Source of the DNA: Spizellomyces punctatus DAOM BR117
Lineage: Eukaryota
Assembly (NCBI GenBank): GCA_000182565.2
Contig: KQ257451.1
Strand: one strand, 5' to 3'
DNA length: 64,000 bases
Position 1 is the first letter of the stretch. Each line of letters starts with the position of its first letter. Under the pieces are notes generated by a model. That model did no database searches. It saw only the letters and a list, made by a program, of their open reading frames with translations, and was not told the DNA's origin. Of the stretch, positions 1 to 11,500 are shown piece after piece. A program made the position numbers and the translations under genes.

Positions 1-36
1 ATTCAGGCTCATTCAGCTGATATTTTAATGATCTAG

Positions 37-1600
37 GAGAATCTCTGGGTGTCGCTCAAGCGCGGATAACATGTCGATATTTTACCGGGCAGGAGTTGGC
101 GCTTGCACTGGGGATCAACCTTTCCATTGCCCGATTAGGCTCCGTTCTGAATGACGTGGTGTCGCCTCTTATCAGTACATCCTCATATTTTGGCACTATT
201 GAAGAGGGGACGGTGGCCGCCGTGTGGATAGGTTTTGCCCTGTGCGTGTTTTCAATGCTTTCGGGGATATATGTGGTGTTGTCAGATTTCTGGTGTTGGG
301 AGGACCACGTGGATTTTGGAAGTGTAGGTGGAGTGCGGAGAAAGGATTCTATCTCGATTGTTGGACATAGGACAAGCTACCAGAGCTTGACGGATGCGGT
401 GGCGAGTGAGGCATGGAAAGGCCGAGAGTCGAAGGCGAGCGGAGGATTAGGTGGAATAATTGAAGAAGAAGATGGGAACGGAGAGCGACGACCAATCTCA
501 TTCTGGCGGAAACAGGGCGGCTATGGAGCAATTGCCGGGGTAGAGCCCTCAAATAACGAGAACATTCGAAATAGCCAATATTCGATACAATCCCGTCAAA
601 CAATCTATTCTTCTGACACGTCCTTGGACGAGCCGTCAATATCCTTACATCGATCGAGTAAATACCGCTCATCAATCATGTATATCGAAATTTTACCCGA
701 CGTACCTGAAAACTCGTCTTTTTCCCATCCCGCCGAAACTGAGCAACAGGGTTATATAGATTCCATTGATGACCAAACGGCTTCACCACCATTTCTGCAA
801 ACCCTTCCGGCTCTCCCTCTTCCATTTTGGATTCTGACTACCGCGATGATATGCTTCTACGGAGCGACCATTGGACTCATCAACGTTTCTTCCGATTTTA
901 TACATGGACAAATTCGTGTAGCACCAGGCTTTGTCGGACTCATTATGTGTCTGCCAGATTTGGTGTCCACCCTTCTGGTCCCCGTTGTTGGCGGATGGTT
1001 TGGAGACTTTGGTTTGAAAAGGAGGTGGGCAGTCGTCAGCGGTGTTGGGATTGTGTTTGTTGGGGTTTTCATGGCGTGGAGCGAAACGATCGGGGAGGGT
1101 GTGGGTGTTGTGCTTGGATTGACGGTTGTTGGTATTTGTTATGCGGTTTATTCAAGTGTAAGTGCTTGCGATGAGCTCCTTTGTTGTCAAAGCATTTTCT
1201 TACTCGCTCCTCCAAATGTACGCAGCTCTTTTGGCCGACCATTGCACTGCTTTTGCCAACGCCTCATCTTCCAACAGCTTACAGCCTTGCCACCTCTCTC
1301 CTCAACACAGGTCTAACCATATTCCCCCTCATCATTGGTGAATTTGTCGGAGCAGACCCGAGTTACACCTCAACAGTGATCTTTTTAGCTTTGGTAACGG
1401 GGCTAGGCGGACTGGTTGGTGCAATTGGATTCTGCTTTGTAGGTGAGGAGGAAGTCAATGAGGAGTTTATATGGGAAAGTAAAGGTCCTTCTTCGAGGGA
1501 AAGTGGGACTGCGCGGTGGGTGGAGAGTGGAAGGATGTTTGGGTCAGGTCCTGACCAGGTTGGAGAAGAGGTGGTGGGCGAAAAAGTAATTATTTCGTAG
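37..1600 (+). CDS. MFS transporter, MFSD1-like (5' end lies outside the window; spliced)
   Basis: The exon after the AG at 35-36 reads GESLGVAQARITCRYFTGQELALALGINLSIARLGSVLN, typical of MFSD1-family TM4-5. Multiple hydrophobic helices and a long central loop follow. Intron 1158-1225 (GTAAGT..CAG) joins to LFWPTIALLLP...; TAG at 1598-1600. Confidence 0.85.
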
Positions 1601-1959
1601 ACTATTTCGTAGAGAGTGATTTTTGATAGAAAGTGTAGTGTACAGTAAGTAATGCGTAGTGGTTATTAGTTGGCATAGGGAGACATACTTGTAGGCTGTT
1701 GCAAATGGCATCATTCAACCTGTTACAAATAGAATTCTTTGTCCATCAAGTCTGATCGCCAAGTGCGGACTTCCTGCTTTTTGGTAAGCATATACAAATG
1801 CAACAAAAGTCGAGATAGATCTGCAGCTTTGCTGCCAAGGCCAGACTCCTCGCTTTGTAAATATATTTGCAAAAAAATACTCAATATACACATGATTGCT
1901 CTCCGCATCTGAAAATACGCACATGCACAGACAGAGTTGCTGTAGCACAAATAAGGTTC

Positions 1960-3829
1960 TCACGCCATAATATTGGAACTCAACGATTCCTCTTCCGTAA
2001 TGACTCCGCGGTCGTGGTCACGCTCTCGCCCATGGTCGTGGTCATCTCCAGTCAATTCCTCATCTCCCGTGTGACCACCATCCTTATCAGAACTCTCCCT
2101 CCCCTTCAATTTCTTGAGACGCTTTTCGCAAGCTCCTTCATTCCGGCCCTCCAGTCTGTCTTTAATCAGGGTCCAACGCGGCCCGACCTCTTGATATGCA
2201 TCCAGCAAGATTTCATCTTCCTCTTTACTCCAGTATGGGACCGGGCTGGAGACGTCAGAGCGACGCGACAGGACACGGAGAAAGTGTTCCTTGCATTGCC
2301 GTGTGTTCCGAGTCGGAACGAGAGATGCTACAAGTCGCCAGTTTTGGCCATGTATTTGAACGGCTTGGAGCAGGGCGTTGTCTTCTTGGTTTGTCCATGG
2401 GCGGATAGTGCGCGTGGTTGGGTTCTGTGGCGAAGGGCGTTGTGGTTCGGGTTGAGGAGGCAAAGGCGGTGGAAGTTGTACTGGGAGTGGACTTGCGGAA
2501 GGAAGTGCAGACGAAAGTGTCGTCACAGGTGTTTGATGAATGCTTGGAGGTGGAATGCCAACGTAATCTTTTGGATCAATTCTTCGCCATCGCTTTTCGC
2601 ATTGATTTGCGTCTCGGGTTTGTACATCGCGCGCTACTCGCGCCCACGTTTGTCCGTGAACGTTAACAGCATGTATAAGGCGAATCGTTTCCTCTTCGGT
2701 CCAATAGCCTGTTTTGCGTGCCTGGGGAGCATCTGGAGGTGTCGTGGTGGGCGTGGGAAGGGTATTCGGAGCAGTGTTAACATTAGGTGGAATGATCACA
2801 ATGGGTGGTGGAGGGGGTGGTGCCACAATCGGAATATTAGGCAGGTATGAAAGGCTGTGTGAAGAGGTGCGGGAAGGCCCTGACTCTTGAGAAGCAAAGC
2901 TGTTTGAGCGCGATGTACTAGCATCGTCTTTGACTTCTTTGGGTTGCTCGTCCTCTTCGCTGGACTGCTCTTCAGCTTCAGAACCAGAGCTAGAACTAGT
3001 GCTCGAATACTCTGGCTGAGGAATCCGACCTTGCCGTCCGTTTCGAGGATCGGGTCGGTTAACATACTGCCGTTCCAAAGGCTTATCAAAAAACTTTGGC
3101 TCAGATTTCATCTGCTCAGAGTCAGAAGTATCGGTTGACGAAGGATAAATCGGTTTTAAAAGTCGCGCATGTTTTCTGTGGGCCCTTTTCAGCGAGTGAG
3201 AAGCTTGTGGGTATCTGTGACCTGACTTGCGCGCAGGTTTGGTTGCGCCTTCTGAAGAGTCGGAAAACGCAGTGCTGCCCGAGGAGGATGAAGGTGAAGA
3301 AATGTATTCCCGATGTTTTTTGTTTCCCTTATGATTAAGTTTTTCTTTGAGCTCTCTGCGATGTTTCCGGTCCACGCGTTTGTGCCAGCGTTCTCCCACA
3401 TCTATGAAAGGACTATTTCGTTAACCCCCAGTCGACAAACCAAAAGAACAAGCTATTCAAGAGCTCACCAGGAATCTTTTCATGACATCCATTTGGGTAG
3501 CCGTGTTCATCGATCGCGTCCCTCCGCCGCTTTCCTCCCCCAATGGACGCCAAATCCCGATGTTTTCCATCCTCGCCACGGTCCTCCTCGTAATAATATG
3601 GTCTACCTGAATACGCTTCCCATCCCGGCGGACCACCACCGTAAGCGTATGCCGGGTGCATACCGGGTGGAGGATATGGTATGTATGGACTGTGAGGTGG
3701 TGGGGGCGGATACCATGACGGAAAACCATCATACCAATGTCTGTCATATGGTATATGGAAAGGAGGTAAGTTGACTTGGACAGCTGCCTCTCGAGTTCCT
3801 TTGGGTTGAAGGCCAGAAATATCGTTCAT
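1960..3829 (-). CDS. Myb/SANT-domain transcription factor with three Myb repeats
   Basis: Three W-spaced repeats: YWTEEETIRL..W..CEKRW, PWTNQEDNAL..W..CKEHF, YWSKEEDEIL..W..CEKRL. Intron 3402-3468 (GTGAG..ATAG, phase 1) joins a Pro/Tyr-rich exon 1 in frame. The start at 3829 is inferred. Confidence 0.85.
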
Positions 3830-4565
3830 TGCAATGACCCCAACGACATTCAAAAGTCTTGATTCCGCGTTTTGTCAAAAAGACAGAGCGGGCGACAAGA
3901 GAAGCAAGGCTAAAAAGGATTGCCGTGGCAGAGGCGACAGCGCAGTTCAATATACGTGAGTGCGACGTTACAGGGCCTTACGCGGAGCTGAGCAACGCAG
4001 CGGGGCGTCGTCGGTCGACAATGGGGGAGGTTCACGTTCCCCGGACCAAGCCGGTTTCGCGTGAAAAAAGGCGGTGATACAAAGGGGACGGCGGCGGGGG
4101 GACGAGAGGGCGGGGGGCCAGCTGGCCGGGCGGGCGAGCGGGGGGGGAGGCGGTGTTTTGGGAGGGCACAAGTGTGGGTGTACGCGACATTTGCGTGCGT
4201 GGCACAGCGGATTAGGTCAGAGTGTCCGAGGGCAGGGAGTAGGAAGGAAGGAGGGGGGGATGGGGGGGTGAGGGCGGGGGTGCGGGGGAGTTGAACGTTG
4301 TCCAGCCAATTGGAGGCCGGAACCAGGAGCGGGGACCGTGGCATGAAATTCAGGGCCGAATTCCGTCAGTTTTCTTGTACGTCTCCCCCATCCGATCAGG
4401 GGCGCTCTCTCAAAAACTGCATTGAACTGCTAGAAAAGAAATTTGTATCATCTGTCAAAATGATTGCTTCCGCCTCCTCCTACCGCCGTCTTTCTTGCTG
4501 GACGACTGCAAAATGGAATCGCTCGACTACAATTACAAAAAAAAAGACACCCGAGCACTTGCGGA

Positions 4566-4639
4566 TGGTCTCTGCCAGGTTCGAACTGGCGACCTTCAGT
4601 GTGTTAGACTGATGTGATAACCAACTACACCAAGAGACC
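4566..4639 (-). tRNA. tRNA-Val(AAC)
   Basis: The reverse complement GGTCTCT..TAGTTGGTTATCAC..TCAGT CT AAC AC ACTGA..GTTCGAA..AGAGACC A folds as a cloverleaf. A T9 Pol III terminator lies downstream (A-run 4537-4545). Confidence 0.96.
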
Positions 4640-4860
4640 TGTGATTACTGCAGGAGGATTCCATGATCAGATTGAAGCCATCCTTAATAAAACAGTTAGG
4701 GCCATGCCACCATGGTTTTGGAGAACAGCGGGCGTGATGGTGACATAATTGGCTGCTAAACAAAAGCTATGGCCCGATCAACAAGAGCACAGCAGCAGAA
4801 TCCAAACCTCAAGATTGATCTTCCGTGCCACCAAAGGGACACGGTGTATTTACATAGCTA

Positions 4861-6411
4861 TTACTGCAACTGACACTCTTTGACCAATTCCACGGGCACA
4901 AACTGTCCAATGTGCTTTTTAAACTCTGAAAGAGAGCACCAGCTGAGATCACACCATTCGACGTCAAGAGGTTCGCCGTTATACAGAACGCGAACAAAGA
5001 GAGCTTCGTGGTCCACCTTCGCCTGCTTCCACAATTCAATCAGAATGTTAGATGCATAAGGAGGCCAATTCATCTGTCGCCCTCGGGCTCCAAGAGCCCC
5101 CAATAATGGAGCAACGGTTGTATCATGGCCGGAATAAAGGGAAAAATGCACGCGATCTTCATTCCTCTGTTCATGAGCCTCCATCAGATTCCGTATTTCT
5201 CGAAGCCAATCTCCAATTGAGATGGTGACAAGCTCTTTGGCGAAAGGGCCTTCGGCAAACAGCCTCTTGGTCTCCCAGTTTCCATTCTCAAAGATCTGTT
5301 CAGCCATCTCACTCGTAACGCAATCTCCGTTGATTGCACGGCCTGGACTGCAGGGCAGCGGCTTATTGTTGCAGGTGCGACCTGCAATGACATCGAAATA
5401 TCTGTCAAATGAACGGTAATTGGCCGAATCCCAGAGCTCTTCCGTTCCCATGATCTCATCCAAGCGCTTACGAAGCCCTTCATTGCGCGTCAAATACGAA
5501 GACCACTCTACGTCTTGCCCCTGGTTATCGTGCCATAGCTGAGTAACGCGAGGGCAGGCCTCGGTATTCGGAACCATTGTTTCAATGCGAAGGGGCACGG
5601 TTTTAACAACAACAGGTTGACGTGATATACTGACTCGCGAATTCATGCCAGCCAAAAGGGCCTCAGCCGACTGTTGTGTTCGCCTCAAGAGAAAGTTGAT
5701 GAAAAGTTGCCAGTACCGCCGGTGTAAGTAGTTGCTTACCATACGTCGGTAGATCTGACCTTGATGGAACCCTTTCGGATGAGATGCTTGTAAATATCAC
5801 CGAATGCTTTGCCGAGTTTAATCTGCTGTTTTGCCCCCTTCGGTGTCAACTGGCCAGGAGCACAGCTTCCCGACCAGATAGCGGCACTGAAAGGGTTATC
5901 ACCTGGAACTGACATATGTAAAGCTGTCTGGAGTTTTCCCCTTCCATTATTGAAACCGGGAGCGGGGATGTTCTGGTCCAGAGAAGCACATTCCCAAGTG
6001 ACGTTCTCATAGGGTAAAACTACAAAAACTCAAAGCTGCAGCCGAGTTGAACTCATTGCCGCACACTCCTCCCTAACCTGCGATGGGCGACCTATCGCCG
6101 TGGCGAATCACAGCAATCGTTTGCAACAGTTTGGCGTCTTTCTATAAACAAGTGTGAAGAATCAGCTGCCCCTGCCCGGCATATACGGGTAAGGTTGGAC
6201 GTACGGGCCGCTTGTACGTTTCAACATCGGGCGTACGGGCGTGGCAATAAGCAAATTCTGGTCCCTTGCTCTCCCGGCCCTCCCATAGCGTCTGGTCAGA
6301 TTCTTGTTGGACAACAAGTGGAACGTACAGCCCGTGCGCCAGAAGAGCACTTCCTATAAAGAAAAATAGTACCACAGATAGGACGATTACTGAACTCCTT
6401 GTGATGAGCAT
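4861..6411 (-). CDS. Histidine acid phosphatase (branch 2), N-terminal signal/anchor, spliced
   Basis: Catalytic IAVIRHGDRSP motif at about 6085-6118, GQLTPKG and YSGHDTT, then WPPYAS and VRVLYNG. Hydrophobic N-terminus from ATG 6411; several introns between 5650 and 6200. Confidence 0.9.
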
Positions 6412-6534
6412 TGCTGAACAATTGCAGATAAGTTGGAAAGTTGCATTACGTGATATCTCGACCATGACACACAATGAGTCAATTAGCACGTTCAACCAAG
6501 CCCTTCGTTCGCTTGACCAAAGCTGCCAAAGAAA

Positions 6535-8375
6535 ATGCTTCGCGTTGCTTCAAGAATAAAGCATATTCGAAGGTATGCGCATTCAAACACACAAGGTTTG
6601 TCTTATAGCTGATTGTGGAGTAGTCGTTAGTATATTGGTCGGCTCTGTATCAACTACCCCTCTTTGCGTAAGGTCGGTCACAGTCAGGATCCAGCAGCGC
6701 CATCACTGAGCCAAATCCCGACACCTTCAAGCCTTCTGAACGGAAAGTGAACTCTGACAGATCTGAACCGCACTCGCAGGCGACGCCTTCAACACATATC
6801 CCTCCCAGAGCTATCGTCAAAAGTCCCAGACTAGCTAGTAGTGCCACGCAAGATGCAACCCAACCTCAACCACGGACACATACTGCTCCTACAGGGCCTC
6901 TTACCAAAGATCAGTTGCGTCAAACCCAAGGAACGGGTCAGCAACGAAAGCCATTTGCCCGTAAAAGGCGCACGAAAAAAGGACCTGCTGATGAAATATG
7001 GGCTATATTTCAGAAAGTGACCGGTGGGTCCGGCAAATCTCCTCAATCCCACGACAGATCCACCCAGCCAGAGAGGTACCCCAAATCGACTGCTGGCAAA
7101 AGCAATTTTCATCACGAACAGAACACAAATAATGTCCATACCCATCCCATAACCAACTCAAAGGAAATCCAACCAAAGCTCAACCTGACTGCCATACAAA
7201 ACCTTCGCAAAAAACTGCACTCAGAGATAATTCCTGCAAATGGCATGTGGGCCGCCTATCGGAAAGTGGAACGTAAAGGAAGTCTTTATAAGCTAAAGCG
7301 CAAGGACTTCCTCCGCATATTCCGTCTCCTCGCCGGAGGCCCTCTGGGTGATTCCGGACCCCCACGCGCACAGGCGGAAAAGGCGTTGACGATCCTTAAG
7401 CAGTTTCAAAATGATGCATACCATATGCCGACTCATGAAATCTTAAAATATGTCATGACTTCGTGTGCCCGGGCTGGAATGGCAAAGGAGGTAGATAGAC
7501 TCGCTTCGATGCTTGATCATTTGGCGGGCCGGGATGTTTTGCACAAGCAACACGTTACTTCCTTAATGGTTACAGCAAGCGCTGTTTCCGGCGATCTTGT
7601 ATCCGCTGAGAAGAAAATTAACGATATGGACCTGAAACGACTATTACCGATCGCTCACGCAGCGTTGGTTCAAGCCTATGCGAAAGCGAATGACGAAATC
7701 AACATGATCAAGCACTTTAATATCCTAGGAGAGGACGTCAGATACGGATCCGATGCTAGAAATTGGGGAATCGCGGCGAGCAGTGCTCTATTCGATTTTT
7801 ACTTGCGGAAAGACGTTGGCAAACTTTCAATCTTCCGTGCTCAAATGGGTGCGATTGAGAGACGGGGTATGCTGACCTCGAAGGAAATACTGGCAGGAGC
7901 GATCAGGGTATACTCAAAATGGGGTCAATTTGAGTATGCAAAGGCACTGTGGCGGCTTGTGCCGCGTGTGTCCATGACGGTAGATATTTGCAAGACAGGG
8001 TTGGAAATGGCAGCAGCTGCACATGACGCCCCTTTGGCATGGGAATGCTATGAAGCCCTTGCTGTACTGATTCCTCGCATAGGGTCAGATGACTGCGTCG
8101 CTATCCTAAAAGCACACGGACTACATTTGACTATCAACAGTGTAGTGCAAGCCTTAGAAAAGATACAAGTCCCCTTTGGGCAACGCCATGCTGAAACCAT
8201 TCTTCAGGGATGCTGTACACTCGGCGATGCTAAGAGCGTTACGATGGTGCTTGATGAGATAAAAGCAAGAGACTGGGCCACTGAAGCTACACGCAAGCTG
8301 GTCGAAGAATTTCGGCCCAAGCCCGAACCTTTCGCATTCTTGCGAGAACTTCCTGCAGACGGTGAGCTCTTTTAA
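6535..8375 (+). CDS. PPR/helical-repeat protein, probably mitochondrial
   Basis: 542-aa ORF with degenerate PPR-like units (YVMTSCARAG, AHAALVQAYAKAND, AIRVYSKWGQFEYA, ILQGCCTLGD). Putative exon 1 (6535-6595, MLRVASRIKHIRRYAH, presequence-like) joins in frame through intron 6596-6672; this model is tentative. Confidence 0.65.
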
Positions 8376-8574
8376 ATAATCAAGTTACATTGATTTCTCC
8401 ATACAATGATGATATTCAAGTCGCCAGTGCAGCCATAGTGCTTGATTATTGGCCGCTGTCCTACACTTCGTCCCATGGATTCTCAAATGTATATCAACCG
8501 GCTATATTTATTACGTGCACTCGGGCCAATGTCAATTGAATATTTACAGATGATGTATATGAATAAATAAAATA

Positions 8575-11500
8575 CTACTTATTACCCCTTGGATGTCTGA
8601 GCTTTTTGGGAATCCTTTGCTTTGGAGGTACTAATCCTGCCTCATGTGCACGGCTTTCTTTACCCAACAGTCTATCTGGAGGGAGGAGGCCAGTTTCACC
8701 CTCCGGGTCTGTTCCCGTCAACGATTTCATCCATGGTCTTCTCTCCAACCTTGGGTGCTCCTTGTCTAACGAACGACGGGGGTACATGTCCCCCCCAGTA
8801 CCAATGAGAAGAGTTTTTCTTGGTTTGCGGCCAAACCGCGTATCCCCTATATCGGGCACTTGAGTATCGTTCGCCTTCAAAGGAAGCACGAGTTCTTCCC
8901 ATACGGACTTCGCGCCGGGTACATCGAGTGTCTGTGCTCTTTCCCCAAGCTTTGTTAGGAGGTCTCTCTCCACTATTTCGAATCCGTGCTGTTTCGTCCG
9001 CATGAGCACTTTTTCCGCTCCGGGAAGGTCCTTTGCCATCACGTATGCCCAGCAAAGTCCAAACCACGTATTTCTGTCGGGATTTAATCCATCGTGTTGA
9101 ATCTGATCCATCCACCGCTCGGCCCGATCAGTTCTTCCCATCTGTCCCCAGCCTTCCATGATGTGATTGTACTGCACAATGGTTGGCAATATCTTTGTTG
9201 TTTTCATGACGCCAATATACATCTCCGCACTATCCTGATCCCAAGAACGGGCATGCTCTTCGACCAGAGTTTCGAGAGCTTTTCGCGACGGCAGCCGCTC
9301 GAGCTCTTGGGTGAGATCGTTGAAAAATCTGCGGGCGACCTGCAAATCACGTGGCGTCCCTCGTCGTGCATGACGCTGGATTATTTCGTCAAACGTTTCT
9401 GGCTGAAGGACCGGGAGCTTATTCGCTTCTTTGATTGCCAAGTACACCTCCTCCATTTTCCTGAATTCTCCAAGCTCGGACCAATATTTCAAGAGGATTT
9501 CATGAACCTTTGTATCCCACACCAATTTTCGCGTAGGACCCACGCTACGGTAGAGCTGACCGGCTGCATCCAAGTTTCCTTCGCTTTTGAAGTTTGCCAC
9601 CATATCGAGAAGGAAAGGGCGCAACCTCTCGCGTCGATAGCCGAGTTCAAATACCAGATCATACGCCACTCGAATTCCACCATGATCTTTAGCAATGGCG
9701 GCCTTCTTTAATATATTGCCCACCGTTCTAAGCGAGACTGGAGGAGGCATTGGCTTGTCTGCTTTTTCCCAGTCGGCTATAACATCCTTCACGACTTGAA
9801 TCGCAGTTTCAAGCGTCATATGATCATCGTTCAGGTACTTTTCAAAATACTCTCGCAGATATTCCGGACGCGGTGGAATGCCCATACTGTTCATGATTTT
9901 CCGCATATTCGTCGCACCAGCGATATCATCGGTTCGCACCAGTAGATCGAACAGTAGCTGATAACATAGCGATTCCGGTACTACGCCTTCTTTGACCCAT
10001 CTCGCCCACGCCTTCTGGGCACCGGCAACATCCAATGCCCTATGGCACACCTTCAGCAGCGTTTGTAGTGACAGAGAACCGCATTTTATGCCTGTTCGAC
10101 GCAGTTGTTCCAGTGCCCTTTCCAGCTCGGTAACTTCAAGGGCATTGCCCTCTTCCATGACGTAAATCTCAACTAGCCGACAGAACATGTCCTCGTCAAA
10201 GGGAATACCGGCATTAATCACGCGACGCATGATTACTTCGAATTTTTGATCGCTTAAGTCCTGCACCACCGCTCTGATGAATATGTCCGTAAGAGCAGGC
10301 GGTACTGGCCGACCCGCAGCCACCAAAATGCGGGTCATCTTTACAGCATTCCGGACATCCTTATCCTCGCTCACCCGAGTAATGGCCATACTAAGTAGGT
10401 CATCGGCCAATTTGACTTCGCCAATCATCTCCAAAATCCAGGCGATACGGGCGATTGTGACGTGGTGTGACTTCAATGCTAGCGTTTTCACCTGACTTTG
10501 CAGGCATGGCAAGCCGCTGGGACTCTTCATCATCGCTTTCAGCACTTTTTTCAATAGATCCCGACCGCCTTTCAACTCTGGTCTGTTTAACACCCCAAGA
10601 GCGAGCTTCCAAAGAAGGAAGGGAGGTATCGACTCGGATGCATTCTCCAGCTTGCAAAAGATTGATCCAGCTTCTTCATATTTCTTGTTTTCCAATGCTG
10701 TGATGAGTGCAGCAGTTGTATCGGCTACATCAGGCTGCTCAACAAACGCGGTTCCATCATCTCGCTCGAGCTGCCCTGGTAGTAGATCTTTAGCATGTTT
10801 CTCGAAAATAGTCTTGGGTTCACCATCTTTAAAATTAAATTCGATGGAGCGGATCGACCGATCCACATCGTCGTGCTCTAGATTTTCAAAGCTAAGAGCT
10901 TTGGAAATTGGCGGATCACCGTTCTTCCAAGCAGAAAGCTCTCGCCTAATGCTAGGCACGTCCTTGTCCCGAGAAGACATACAAAGTCTTTCAATCACGT
11001 CAAGGGACCATCTTTCTAATTGCGGATCATTGAGACAACGCCATTCCACAAAAGCAAACTTGTATAACTTCCACGCAGTCAGGCAGTCCCTTTCTCGCTC
11101 TAATGCGGTCATAATCATCGTGTATGCCGGGACGCTGAGATCGTGGCTTGCTGCAACAGAGTGACGTAATAATAAAGCTGAGAGTGCTGGCCGATGCGCC
11201 CGATACATCCTCATCGCGAGGTTCAGATAGAAGCGCTGGTCAAAGGCAGTTACATGACCAGAAATCTCCGTCAGGAGCTCATGAATTGCCGATGTTCTTT
11301 GTTCGAGGAGACAAGCATGCATCAAAGCAGTAACGGTGCTGCCATGGAGTGTACAGAATTCCCTCGCATCTTGTGAAACCTCTTCTTCCCGCCATCTTTT
11401 CATTTGCTCAAAGGTACCCAATGCTCCCTCAATATCGCCCAAGCTATTCTTCAAATATATGGTTCTGTCATACATCTTAGCAGTTCTGCCCGAGGTGTCG

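Noticed and set aside
1867-2850. 327-aa + strand ORF
   Set aside because: Antisense to the Myb gene, with no recognisable protein features.
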